A DNA stretch of 63,928 bases, counting the filler, from Octopus bimaculoides (Eukaryota), in the NCBI RefSeq assembly GCF_001194135.2. It is 4 parts of 4 records of this genome, joined end to end, with 100 filler letters (N's around TTAATTAATTAA, not from the genome) between each part and the next. Parts side by side here need not be neighbours in the genome. Positions count along the whole stretch, not along the records: positions 26,099 to 37,039 come from NW_026329212.1; positions 37,140 to 62,744 come from NC_069004.1; 2 more parts are not named here. One strand, given 5' to 3'. The notes beneath the pieces were generated by a model, which was not told the DNA's origin, made no database searches, and worked only from the letters and a program-made list of their open reading frames with translations. The stretch's first letter is position 1. Each line of letters begins with the position of its first letter. Below, piece by piece: positions 27,667 through 40,851 of this stretch. The translations under genes were made by a program, and so were the position numbers.

Positions 27667-30600
27667 ATGCTAATTTCTTAACCAGTTAGCATTCAGATTA
27701 ATCTCTCAAATGTAATGCTTGTTTATTCAGCTTTGTTTTGAATTAACCATGCATTATCTTGTACCTTGGTAGAGGGAGACTAAAAGATGCTTGACATTTG
27801 CATGTGTGTGTGTGTGTTTGTGTATCATCATCATATCATCTTTTAATGTCCATTTTTCATACTGGCATGGGTTGGATGGTTTGATAGAAACTGGCAAGCC
27901 AATGGACTGCACCAAGTTCCACTGCCTGTTTTGGCATGGGTTTTATGTTAGGATGCCCTTCCCAACACCAACAACCTTACAGAGTGGACTGAGTGCATTT
28001 ATGTAATACCAATGTGTGTGTGTGTTTTGATATCGGTGCATATAGGTTTCTTTGTCTTGCCTTAGTAGAATAGTTGTAAATGTGTGTCTGTCATATTAAC
28101 AATGTTGTTCATTTCCAGTATTCTGCAAAAACATGTCTGGCCAAGTGAGGATTGATGATAGGAAGGACATCCAACTGTAGAAAATCATCCTCAATAAATT
28201 CTGTCCAAAGCATGCTTGCATTTCCCCACTTATTTTGATCCTTTGTGATTTCCTTCAATTCTTCTCTTTTATTATGTCAATTGGTGAAATATCTATCCAA
28301 TGAATTGGTCATTTTTTTAACTTATTGGTTAAACAATCAGTTGCGTCTTTGTTTTTCTGTTTCTTTTTTTTTTTAACAAAGTTCTTTCTTTGCCACTTCC
28401 AACCTTTGCAGTGATTTCTCTCAATTTAACCAAATAACTAATAATAAAGGAGTGGAATTGAACCTGTGTATATTAGCATAATGACTCTCCCTAGACACAA
28501 CAAAATATATAAACTTTACTGTAATATTCATACTTTTGCTAACCATTCTCTCTAATTATAATTTCTCTTATTTTATTGTTACAGTTGATATGGCACAAAG
28601 CATTCTGAAGCAGTCAATATAAATTGGTTTGAAGACCACAATTTTCCTGGAAACTTCCATGGCAGCTATCCTGATATTTTATCATTTTACTTTAGCAAAT
28701 GTGTGAGATATTTGTGGTATTTTGTTATTTCTTAATAGTAATATCTCATAAGATTCTATTCTATGATGTATTTTGTCTCTCTGATAAAACTCTTCCAAGA
28801 TAGACTTTCCAACTTCTTCCTCCCAGAATTAATAAAATTAAAGCACCAGTCAAGTGCTAGGGCTGATTTCATCAACTGTACCCCATTTCCCTCTAAATAT
28901 ATGGTTAACAATGTTATTCAGCCAACATTATTATCAAATTTATTTAAAGATCCTTAACATTTTTTTTCTGGAATCTTCCATAACAGCTGTTCTTTTAGNN
29001 NNNNNNNNATCCTTAACATTTTTTTTCTGGAATCTTCCATAACAGCTGTTCTTTTAGTGATGTTCATAAAATTTGTAAAACTTTTTGTCAAAATTTATAA
29101 ACTTCACTGTAAAGTAATTTCTGCCAGGATGACCACCACTAGTTTTCTCAGACCCTGGTTTTTATTAGGGTTCCTTCCTAATAAATGAAAAAAATTTCTT
29201 TTTCTTTTATATGGCCCAGATAATTTTTTTATTCTTTTTGTATGTGTAGTGGAAGTATGCATTACTTACCTGTTATATAATAATACTTTATAGTATGATG
29301 ATAATAATAGTAATGTTAGATGATATTTTATATATCAAACTGGCTTAAGCACCTGGGTTTCTTAATACCTAAGTAAATGCAATCACATGGATTCACTAAA
29401 CTTTAGATAAATAACTTTTAAAAATTGTCAATTTTCAGTTGTTCTACAAATGTTGATTTATTTGGAATCATTGCATCCAAGCAATTCCTTTCTTAGAAGT
29501 TATGAGAAATAATCACATGGTCTTCTTGAGAAAAATGTGCCCCCTATGCAAAATTTCAGCTATCTTGGCATGAAACTGTAGCATAATTTTCATATATTTC
29601 AAAAAACTGATGACAATATTAATGATGTTATATGAAGCTAATATTTTAGATAATGATAATATCTAATATGAATGGTAATCACTCACAATAATATTTTAAA
29701 GATTTAAATTTTATTTTATATGGACTATAAGAGATTTGGCTGTAACAAATTGACATATTTCTGAGAAATTCTTGATTTTTGAGATACCAACACCAATCCT
29801 TTCTCATTTGGTTAAAATACAAAGGAAACTCACAAAATTCACATTACAATACCTTTGGAAGACTTTCAAGATAACAATCTTTCTTTTACTTCAAAATTTG
29901 ATTTAAAAAATCCTTCATCGTGGAATCTTCTCTGGCAGCTAATATATATTTTATTTTTATCTTTGAGAGATTATTCAAATTTTTGGAGTTTTGACAATAT
30001 TTTGACATTAAAACCGAAGTAGTATAAAAATTATTTATTTTAATAAAATCTTCCATGTGGTTAATTCTTTCACCAAATTTTATAAATGCACTTTTAAAGA
30101 TGCTTAAGTTTAGTAAAATTGGTTTAAAATCCTTNNNNNNNNNNATGCACTTTTAAAGATGCTTAAGTTTAGTAAAATTGGTTTAAAATCCTTTTTATGT
30201 GAAACCTTCTCATGGTTTTACAATATAAAATCTTTAATCTTAAAGTGTTTTTATATTTACATGAAAATCTTATATGATAATTTAATTTATGAACCTTTTG
30301 CTAAGAAAAATTTCAAACATAAGAATAGTAAAATAATAAATATGAAACTAGGTCATTTTACAGAACCATTTTATTTTCTTAATTAATTTCAAATTAATTG
30401 GAAAATTTAGATATGGTCAAACTCATCTTGTGCTTTATAGAATATCCAACAAGCATTTAAAGGTTTTTACCAAATTTTGTAATACTAAACAATTTTCAAG
30501 ATAATTTGATTGGTTTAAAATCATCTGTTTTTCATCGAATCTCTCATAACAGTTGCTTCACCAAATTTAATGACATCTGAAATATTTTTAAGTTTAGTAA

Positions 30601-32244
30601 AAATGGCTATTTAAAAAATCATTCCAGTCTTTATGGAACCTTCACTGGCAGCTATTTCATTTCTTTTATCAGATTTGATGATTTTTTTTCTGTGGGTCAT
30701 TTTTTTTCTAATCTTGCAAGAATTTCTCAATTCTTCAAAGTCAAGTCTTAGAGACAGCTTGATTGATAACAATTACAGTAATACATGACAATCAGCAGAA
30801 TCTAGCAATAACATTGTGTAGGGTGGAATCAACTGAGGTAACTTGTGGCAGTTAGAAGAAGTTATAGTAGTGATACATAGGACCATGGTGAGACCACAAC
30901 TGTGACATGGAGGATTAAGTAGAGTTTATAGTAGTAAGATGTCAGACTGTGGAGTTAACTGTAGTTCCGTTTCGAAATATGAGAANNNNNNNNNNNNNNN
31001 NNNNNNNNNNNNNNNNNNNNNNNNNNNNNNNNNNNNNNNNNNNNNNNNNNNNNNNNNNNNNNNNNNNNNNNNNNNNNNNNNNNNNNNNNNNNNNNNNNNN
31101 NNNNNNNNNNNNNNNNNNNNNNAACATGTAAGACTAAGGAGAGCTTAAGGTAGTTACATATAGAAATAAGGGGTGTTCTACTATAATGATATATCACATA
31201 TGGTAACAGAACAGCATTAAGATGTAGGATTATGGGGTTTACAGTAATAACATGTAGGAGAGTGGGGAGTTTACAGCAGTAACATGTAGTATTGAGATAA
31301 GTATAATACAGAAACTCTTGTCAGGTTGGTAGGAGACGTTTGGGTTAGGGTTAGGGTTGGCTATTTGGCATTGCTGATCCGATGCTGATTTGACATCAGA
31401 CATAATCATCTCATGCTTATCTCTCTCTTTCTATCTATCTGTCTGTCTGTCTATCTATCTATTTATCTATCTATCTCTCAATTCATCTATTTGTGTGTGA
31501 GAACCTTGTTATGTCTGTATGTATGCATACAAATGTCTCTTTCTCTATCTGTACGTGTGTATTTCTACATGCATGTGCATGTGTATGTTTGCCTCCAGTG
31601 CCAAAAAGTACTGATACAAAATCAGGTTAACTGTTCAGTTAGCCATGCCAAATCACCAGTGTCCAAACCACCAGGCCTAATCATCTCATTCTGAATTGGA
31701 CAATAGTATGTAATGGCAGTGTATTGTGCATAGTGAGTTGTAGTGTAGTAATAGGAATGCAAAACATAATTTTGGATCCAATAATGGAGTTATCACATAA
31801 TGACAGTAAAATAAAAACATACCACGGAGAATCGAAAATCAATGTATTAAGAGGGTGGATGTAGCAAACATTAGATTTTAGATTTTCAAATAAGGTTTTA
31901 TCATAATTTTGTTTTTTCAAAGACTTCTTCCTGTTAACAGATTTCTTTCATAATATTTCTTTTTTTAGCTAAAACCTAAAATATATTTTCCCAAAGAACT
32001 CCATATAAAAAATGGTTCACAAAAAAACTCTGTTACCCTCCACCAAACTGTTTCTTATTTGATTTCTTTTGTTTTTTTTTTTTGTATTTTTTATTTTTCT
32101 TCAATATAATTTTCTTACTCTAAGAAAAATAGATATTATCAATATTAATCAATACAAAGATTTATCAATAAAAAAAATCTTATAAATTGTTTACCATGAG
32201 TTATTTTTTTAATTCAAGGAAAGAAATCACAGCAATAATCCAAA

Positions 32245-32545
32245 CCAAACTCTTTGTGTGGTAAGAGGCTTGCTTCCAACCACATGGTTTTGGGTTCAGT
32301 CCCAATGCGTGGCACAGTGGGCAAGTGTCTTCTACTACAACTTCAGATTGACCAAAGCCTTGTGAGTGGGTTTGGTAGAGAGAAACTGGGAGAAGCCCAT
32401 CATATGTGTGTGTGTGTGCGTGTGTCTTTGTCTCCCACCACTGCTTGATAGTGTCGGTGGGTTTATATCCACATAATTAGCAGTTCAGCAAAAGAGACCA
32501 ATAGAATAAGCCTTAAAAAGTCCTGGGGTCGATTTGTTCAATTAA
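32245..32545 (+). mobile_element. SINE family A
   Basis: Similarity to 47576-47975. Confidence 0.85.
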
Positions 32546-32899
32546 AACCCTCATTTTTTTGGGGGAAGCTGAGATGGGTTAGACTCATTTGTTTTACTTG
32601 AAAACCCACACAATAATTACATTTATTTTAAAGATATTGNNNNNNNNNNGTTTTACTTGAAAACCCACACAATAATTACATTTATTTTAAAGATATTGTA
32701 TTTAATTGTGTATAAAATACATCCCTGTTTTATGAGAACATTTTGTGGGAAAAGCAGATTTCCTGTGTTTCATATATACATTTATTGAAAGGCATTTTAA
32801 AGTAGTTTTTCAGATCGACTCTATTGTTATTGATATTTTGGTCAAAATAGCTGAGAGGCAGGTGAAAGATTAACATTCCTTTCATATATTTAGGAAGTT

Positions 32900-33463
32900 T
32901 TTTTCATTTGGATAACGAAAAAGAAAAAAGTTCCTTAGCAATAAGACAGTCCTTAGTTAATGTAAAACACATCAGCTGCCTCCTTCACTTTAACTCTATC
33001 CTTCAGAATAGTAGAGATGGTAGAATGTGCCGGGCCCGTATCGTCTACGATACCCTTTCCCGCCTTCGTAGTCTAATGATTTTCATTTTCGTGTCAAGAT
33101 CAATATCTCTCCTTTTTTTCTTGGCGCTCCCTGCTGCAGGTGAAGATGTATATTTCCTCTTTGGAAGCATCTTGTAATATGAGGTGAAAGAGATAATGGA
33201 AACAAAGAGACGAAACAGTAATATAGGTACATAGAGCGTCACAGTGTTGCTTGGCTGACCACAGGCAGGAGAGTGAGAGAGCGAGCGTGTCGGAGGCTGA
33301 GGCTGGGTGCTCGGGATGCGTTGCCGTCACGACGGCAGTTCTCGTACAGGGCACAATACGACAGTCAAAGTTTTTAAAAGTTTTTATATTTTGTAAAATA
33401 TATGTAATGACGGCTCGTAAAGTTCGTCCTAACTCAGAGTGGTCGTTTAATGATGAGAGTCTG
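32900..33463 (-). mobile_element. Tigger/pogo element 5' portion (TIR plus HTH N-terminus)
   Basis: Minus strand TA-CAGACTCTCATCATTAAACGACC... left end. MLPKRKYTSSPAAGSAKKKRRDIDLDTKMKII and a frameshifted HSTISTILK match the CENP-B/Tigger HTH. Far end undefined. Confidence 0.8.
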
Positions 33464-33892
33464 TATATGAAAAATTGCCCTGCGTCTACTACAGTTGTAT
33501 NNNNNNNNNNCGGATGGGACACGGAATGTTGTACGCTGCGAGGTCAGATGAGCATTCACCCATAAAGCGGTAAGATTTGCACTTACATAGCATGGACTAC
33601 TGAACACATTTTATGAAAATCAGACTATTATACACCCATGAAAAAACATAAACAAAAAAATAGTTAGAATATAAAATATAGGGGCAGGAGTGGCTGTGTG
33701 GTAAGTAGCTTGNNNNNNNNNNNNNNNNNNNNNNNNNNNNNNNNNNNNNNNNNNNNNNNNNNNNNNNNNNNNNNNNNNNNNNNNNNNNNNNNNNNNNNNN
33801 NNNNNNNNNNNNNNNNNNNNNNNNNNNNNNNNNNNNNNNNNNNNNNNNNNNNNNNNNNNNNNNNNNNNNNNNNNNNNNNNNNNNNNNNNNNN

Positions 33893-33923
<31 letters not shown>

Positions 33924-34288
33924 GTGTGTGTGTATGTATGTACGTATGTGTGTTTGTCTTTGTCCCCCACCATCGCTTGACAACCGATGCTGGTGTGTTT
34001 ACGTNNNNNNNNNNNNNNNNNNNNNNNNNNNNNNNNNNNNNNNNNNNNNNNNNNNNNNNNNNNNNNNNNNNNNNNNNNNNNNNNNNNNNNNNNNNNNNNN
34101 NNNNNNNNNNNNNNNNNNNNNNNNNNNNNNNNNNNNNNNNNNNNNNNNNNNNNNNNNNNNNNNNNNNNNNNNNNNNNNNNNNNNNNNNNNNNNNNNNNNN
34201 NNNNNNNNNNNNNNNNNNNNNNNNNNNNNNNNNNNNNNNNNNNNNNNNNNNNNNNNNNNNNNNNNNNNNNNNNNNNNNNNNNNNNNNN

Positions 34289-35964
34289 ACAAAGAAGAAT
34301 CACTGGATTTAAGCAGACTTTGACTTCTATTTTTAGCACAATTTTATGTGGTAAAAATGAAACTATTTTCACAGGTTTCCCGATTTATCTCCCTTGCGCC
34401 GTTAAAAAATATATATTTGCACACACGCAATTGACACATGTGCACANNNNNNNNNNTATATTTGCACACACGCAATTGACACATGTGCACACACGCAATT
34501 GACGTATTTCCACATATGAAAGTGCTCACTGCTAGTGAAGTATCTGTCTGTCTGCCTGCATGCCTGNNNNNNNNNNNNNNNNNNNNNNNNNNNNNNNNNN
34601 NNNNNNNNNNNNNNNNNNNNNNNNNNNNNNNNNNNNNNNNNNNNNNNNNNNNNNNNNNNNNNNNNNNNNNGACTAGCTAGCGCGGACGCGCGAACTTTCG
34701 AGTAATAGATAGATAGAGAGCGAGAGAGACATATATATATGTATATACAAGTGCACATATGTAGGTATATGTATATACATATATATATATATATATANNN
34801 NNNNNNNNNNNNNNNNNNNNNNNNNNNNNNNNNNNNNNNNNNNNNNNNNNNNNNNNNNNNNNNNNNNNNNNNNNNNNNNNNNNNNNNNNNNNNNNNNNNN
34901 NNNNNNNNNNNNNNNNNNNNNNNNNNNNNNNNNNNNNNNNNNNNNNNNNNNNNNNNNNNNNNNNNNNNNNNNNNNNNNNNNNNNNNNNNNNNNNNNNNNN
35001 NNNNNNNNNNNNNNNNNNNNNNNNNNNNNNNNNNNNNNNNNNNNNNNNNNNNNNNNNNNNNNNNNNNNNNNNNNNNNNNNNNNNNNNNNNNNNNNNNNNN
35101 NNNNNNNNNNNNNNNNNNNNNNNNNNNNNNNNNNNNNNNNNNNNNNNNNNNNNNNNNNNNNNNNNNNNNNNNNNNNNNNNNNNNNNNNNNNNNNNNNNNN
35201 NNNNNNNNNNNNNNNNNNNNNNNNNNNNNNNNNNNNNNNNNNNNNNNNNNNNNNNNNNNNNNNNNNNNNNNNNNNNNNNNNNNNNNNNNNNNNNNNNNNN
35301 NNNNNNNNNNNNNNNNNNNNNNNNNNNNNNNNNNNNNNNNNNNNNNNNNNNNNNNNNNNNNNNNNNNNNNNNNNNNNNNNNNNNNNNNNNNNNNNNNNNN
35401 NNNNNNNNNNNNNNNNNNNNNNNNNNNNNNNNNNNNNNNNNNNNNNNNNNNNNNNNNNNNNNNNNNNNNNNNNNNNNNNNNNNNNNNNNNNNNNNNNNNN
35501 NNNNNNNNNNNNNNNNNNNNNNNNNCCCCCCCCCACCATCACTTGACAACCGATGCTGGAGTGTTTACATCCCCGTAACATAGCGGTTCGGCAAAAAGAG
35601 ACGGACAGAATAAGTACTAGGCTTGCAAAGAATAAGTCCTGCGGTCGATTTGCTCGNNNNNNNNNNNNNNNNNNNNNNNNNNNNNNNNNNNNNNNNNNNN
35701 NNNNNNNNNNNNNNNNNNNNNNNNNNNNNNNNNNNNNNNNNNNNNNNNNNNNNNNNNNNNNNNNNNNNNNNNNNNNNNNNNNNNNNNNNNNNNNNNNNNN
35801 NNNNNNNNNNAGAACATAGCTCAGAAGGCCAGAACGGATTAATACAAAGAAGAATCACTGAATTTAAGCAGACTTTGACTTCTATTTTTAGCACGATTTT
35901 ATGTCGTAAAAATAAAACTATTTTCACAGGTTTCACGATTTATCTCCCTTCCGCCGTTAAAAAA
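34289..35964 (+). repeat. Local duplication: 121-bp segment present twice (34289-34409, 35844-35964), 6 mismatches
   Basis: Manual alignment. Each copy follows a family A SINE 3' fragment and an N gap. Confidence 0.9.
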
Positions 35965-36539
35965 NNNNNNNNNNNNNNNNNNNNNNNNNNNNNNNNNNNN
36001 NNNNNNNNNNNNNNNNNNNNNNNNNNNNNNNNNNNNNNNNNNNNNNNNNNNNNNNNNNNNNNNNNNNNNNNNNNNNNNNNNNNNNNNNNNNNNNNNNNNN
36101 NNNNNNNNTACGTATGTATGCATGTATATATGCATAGATATATACACATACATATATATATATATATTCAAATATTATTTACATAAATATACGTATGTAT
36201 GTGTGTGTGTGNNNNNNNNNNNNNNNNNNNNNNNNNNNNNNNNNNNNNNNNNNNNNNNNNNNNNNNNNNNNNNNNNNNNNNNNNNNNNNNNNNNNNNNNN
36301 NNNNNNNNNNNNNNNNNNNNNNNNNNNNNNNNNNNNNNNNNNNNNNNNNNNNNNNNNNNNNNNNNNNNNNNNNNNNNNNNNNNNNNNNNNNNNNNNNNNN
36401 NNNNNNNNNNNNNNNNNNNTATATATATATATATATATATAACCTTTTACTTTGTTTTAGTTATTAGTTCATGGCCATCTCAAACAAATCAACTTCAATA
36501 CTCATTTGTTTTAAAGCCTCGTACTTATTCTACCGATAT

Positions 36540-36740
36540 CTTTTGCGGAACAATTAAGTTAAGCAGCTCTTCATCTGTCTTCATTTTCTGAATTCAAATT
36601 CTATCAAGGTTAACTTTGCCTNNNNNNNNNNTCATCCTTTCGGGGTCAATAAAATACGTACCAGTTACACACTGGGGTCGATGTAATTGACTTAACCCCT
36701 CTCCCGAATTTGCTGGCCTGGTGCCAAAATTTGAAACCAA
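36540..36740 (+). mobile_element. Family B SINE upstream of the displaced HGD exon
   Basis: tcatcctttcggggtcaataaaatacgtaccag...gctggcctggtgccaaaatttgaaacc. Confidence 0.8.
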
Positions 36741-36818
36741 TACCCCCACACACACACACATAGACACACATGCCTATCTATATTTATATCTTTCTATATA
36801 TATATATACATTTTACAG

Positions 36819-36871
36819 GTAACTGCATGTCAGAATTCATGGGACTGATTAAAGGGGCTTACGAAGCAAAG
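36819..36871 (+). CDS. HGD: HGD internal exon ((x)GT-NCMSEFMGLIKGAYEAK), located downstream of the terminal exon
   Basis: Matches HGD RNCMSEFMGLIRGHYEAK, including the Fe-ligand Glu. Acceptor ttttacag|, donor AAG|gtaagt. 53 nt, phase 1-0; joins in frame to 26228. Confidence 0.93.
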
Positions 36872-37139
36872 GTAAGTACATTAATTTATAATTTTCCTCA
36901 ACCTGTATCCTGCATGTGTTGCAAACAGAACATCTACATTCAAAATTTATGATTATTAACTTATGTCTAATCAATGATTACATCATCATTATCATCATCA
37001 TCATCGTTTAACGTCCGCATTCCATGCTAGCATGGGTTGNNNNNNNNNNNNNNNNNNNNNNNNNNNNNNNNNNNNNNNNNNNNTTAATTAATTAANNNNN
37101 NNNNNNNNNNNNNNNNNNNNNNNNNNNNNNNNNNNNNNN

Positions 37140-37220
37140 AGTGTCTTCCACTATAGCCTCGGGCCGACCAAAGCCTTGTGAGTGGATTTGGTAGACAGAA
37201 ACTGAAAGAAGCCCATCATA

Positions 37221-37271
<51 letters not shown>

Positions 37272-37488
37272 TTGTGTGTCTGTGTTTGTCCCCCCACCAT
37301 CGCTTGACAACCAATGGTGGTGTGTTTACGTCCCCGTAACTTAGCGGTTCGGCAAAAGAGACCGATAGAATAAGTACTAGGCTTCCAAAGAATAAGTCCT
37401 GGGGTCGGTTTGCTCGACTAAAGGCGGTGCTCCAGCATGGCCACAGTCAAATGACTGAAACAAGAAAAAGAGTAAAAGAGTAAAAGAG
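37140..37488 (+). mobile_element. SINE family A (5' end in gap)
   Basis: Closely similar to 47576-47975. Confidence 0.9.
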
Positions 37489-38277
37489 AGTATTAATCCG
37501 AAACATTATGAATAAATAAGCATTAAATTTGACAGGGGTTAAATTAAATGCTAAAGGGTTAATTTAACTTGTGCAGTCCTTACATAAATTACAATGGAAG
37601 GTTTTAATTGAAATGCAAACATTAAAACATATAAAAGCATTTTTTTTTTTTAACAGAGAATCAGAAGTGATCATCTTAGGTGGGCTGGCGGCATCACAGT
37701 GGTGGTGGTCTCAGTGGGATTGGTTTCACAGAACCAGGGATGATGGTGGTCTGAGAGAGATAAGTAGCAGAGAATCAGCAGTGGTGATCTCAGATGGATT
37801 GGTTTCACAGGACCAGAGACGATGACAGTTTCAAAGAGAGAGACGAGTCATAGGGAATCAAGTGGTGGTGGTCTCAAGTGGAATGGTATTGAAACTGACC
37901 ATTTTAGCTTGACTAGTTTCAGATGATTCAGTTATTCTCCTAATTGACCGACTGACCACATTTATCAGCTGAGAGCTGTTATTGGAATTCCCAGAGCAAA
38001 ACATTGGGTGATGGTTGTGGTGGTGGTGGTGGTGGCAGTAGTGATGGTATTGGTGGTGTTCTTGTTGTTGGCGGTGGTGATGGTAGTTGTGGCGCCACTG
38101 GTACTATTGCTGCTTTTTTTTTTTTATGTTCTTTTGACTTAGTATTTTAACAATTGTTGCTGCCATCTCTCGCCACCTCTTACACTTGATATTATTGATT
38201 CCATTCACCATCCCCCCACCCAACTCTCTATTTTACTCTCTCTATATGCATATATGTATGTATGTATATATATATAT

Positions 38278-38308
<31 letters not shown>

Positions 38309-39534
38309 ATATATATTATATATGTATGTATATATATATTATATATATTTATATATGTATATATATATATGTATATATATATATATGTGTGTATATATAT
38401 ATGTGTATATATATGTGTGTGTATATATATATATATGTGTATATATATATGTATATATGTGTGTATATATGTGTATATATATATATGTGTATATATATAT
38501 GTATATGTGTATATATATGTATATATGTGTGTATATATGTGTGNNNNNNNNNNNNNNNNNNNNNNNNNNNNNNNNNNNNNNNNNNNNNNNNNNNNNNNNN
38601 NNNNNNNNNNNNNNNNNNNNNNNNNNNNNNNNNNNNNNNNNNNNNNNNNNNNNNNNNNNNNNNNNNNNNNNNNNNNNNNNNNNNNNNNNNNNNNNNNNNN
38701 NNNNNNNNNNNNNNNNNNNNNNNNNNNNNNNNNNNNNNNNNNNNNNNNNNNNNNNNNNNNNNNNNNNNNNNNNNNNNNNNNNNNNNNNNNNNNNNNNNNN
38801 NNNNNNNNNNNNNNNNNNNNNNNNNNNNNNNNNNNNNNNNNNNNNNNNNNNNNNNNNNNNNNNNNNNNNNNNNNNNNNNNNNNNNNNNNNNNNNNNNNNN
38901 NNNNNNNNNNNNNNNNNNNNNNNNNNNNNNNNNNNNNNNNNNNNNNNNNNNNNNNNNNNNNNNNNNNNNNNNNNNNNNNNNNNNNNNNNNNNNNNNNNNN
39001 NNNNNNNNNNNNNNNNNNNNNNNNNNNNNNNNNNNNNNNNNNNNNNNNNNNNNNNNNNNNNNNNNNNNNNNNNNNNNNNNNNNNNNNNNNNNNNNNNNNN
39101 NNNNNNNNNNNNNNNNNNNNNNNNNNNNNNNNNNNNNNNNNNNNNNNNNNNNNNNNNNNNNNNNNNNNNNNNNNNNNNNNNNNNNNNNNNNNNNNNNNNN
39201 NNNNNNNNNNNNNNNNNNNNNNNNNNNNNNNNNNNNNNNNNNNNNNNNNNNNNNNNNNNNNNNNNNNNAGCAGAAAGTTGCAGAGAGAGGGGGAGGGACG
39301 GAGGAGGAAGAGGTGGAGGAGGAAGGGGTGGAGGATTATATAAGTCAATCGATTGATGGAGATCATTAGAATGTCGGACAAAACATCAACAGTATTTAGT
39401 ATATGGACTTTTGCATTTTGAGTTCAAAAGCTGCCGAGGTTAACTCGTCCTGTTTTTTCCTTTTTTTTTTTTCTGACTTCATTAAAAGCTCAGTCAGGTG
39501 CTGGGTGTTGATTTAATATTCTGTAGAAACCATT

Positions 39535-39870
39535 CGTCATCGTTGTCATCATCATTGTTGTCATCATCATCATAGTCATTGTCATCGTCATCATAGCCAT
39601 TTTTGTCATCATCATTGTCGTTCTTGTCATCATAATCATCGTTGTCATTATCACTATCGTCATCATCAGCGTCCACTGTCATTATCATAGCCATCGTCAT
39701 CATCGTTATCATCATTGTTGTCGTCATCATCATCATCCTCATTGTCATCATTGTCAGTCATCATCGTCATCATCAACATTATCATTGTTGTCATCATCAT
39801 CATCATCTTCATCATCATCAGTGTCATCATCATCATCGCCATCATTATCACCATCCTCATCATCGACATC
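39535..39870. repeat. Degenerate (TCA)n trinucleotide array
   Basis: Direct reading. Similar arrays: (GAT)/(GAG) 17070-17195, (CAT)/(CAC) 23570-23760, (ACT) 46610-46720. Confidence 0.95.
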
Positions 39871-40639
39871 AGTTAACAGCCCTTTTCCCATTCTAGCATG
39901 ACTTGGATGGTCCAGCCAATGAGCCAGAGAGCTGTGTTGAACTCCATTCCTTTTTTTGACATGGAGTGTACTGGATACTTTATATGTGGCACCAGCACTA
40001 GTGAGGTTACCATGTAACTCACAAGACATGACCCCTTGAGTGAGTGGGGTTATAATATTGAGGGATAAGAAATTATGATAGAGGAAGAGAAACAAGTGTC
40101 TTCCTGAAGCGGTGAATACATGGCTTGCCCAATTGTGGAGAGAGATGGTGTGGACTTAGCCTCAAGGTATAAGGTGAATATGGCTAGGAGAATAGGCAGA
40201 GGGTGTGTTTGTATGTGTGTATACATCATCATCATCACCTTTTAATGTCCTTCTTTGTATTCTAGCTTGGTTTGGATGGTTCAACCAATGAACCAGAGGG
40301 CTATGCTGTGCCCCTGTGCCTGCTTTGGCATGGTTTCTGCAGCTAGATGCTCTTCCTAATGCCAACCACTTTACAGAGTGTACTGGGGTCTTTTTATATG
40401 GCACTGGTACTGATAAGGTTGCCAACTAACTCACAAGACAATACCCATCAAGCATGCGAGTTGGAGGAGGAGGTGGAAGCATGATAGAGAGGCAGGAACA
40501 GATGTCTTACGGAAGAGGAGGCACATGACTTGCCCAGCTGGAAAGAGAGAGAGAAAGAGAGAGAGAGAGATGGTGAGGAATAGGAAAAGGACAGCAGGAA
40601 TTGAAGAACTGAAAAGCAGTGAATGGGCTTATGATGATT

Positions 40640-40851
40640 ACAAATTTTTTGGCACAAGGCCAGCAATTTGGGGGAAAGGGTCAGGTTGATTACATCAACC
40701 CTAGTGCTCGACTGGTATTTATTTTATTAACCTCCAAAGGATTATAAGCATAGTCGACCTCAGCGTAATTTGAACTCAGAATGTGAAGACGGTCAAAACG
40801 ACACTAAGCATTTTTGCCAGCTTGCTAATGATTCTGCCAGCTCACCGCCTT
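40640..40851 (-). mobile_element. Family B SINE
   Basis: Ends ctgccagctcaccgcctt. Confidence 0.85.

Noticed and set aside
31342-31358. (TTAGGG)2 telomere-like tract
   Set aside because: Only about two units; expected by chance.
27288-34500. Short exact direct repeats flanking 10-N gaps (about 27290-27395, 28960-29060, 30085-30195, 32590-32700, 34415-34490)
   Set aside because: Unmerged contig overlaps.
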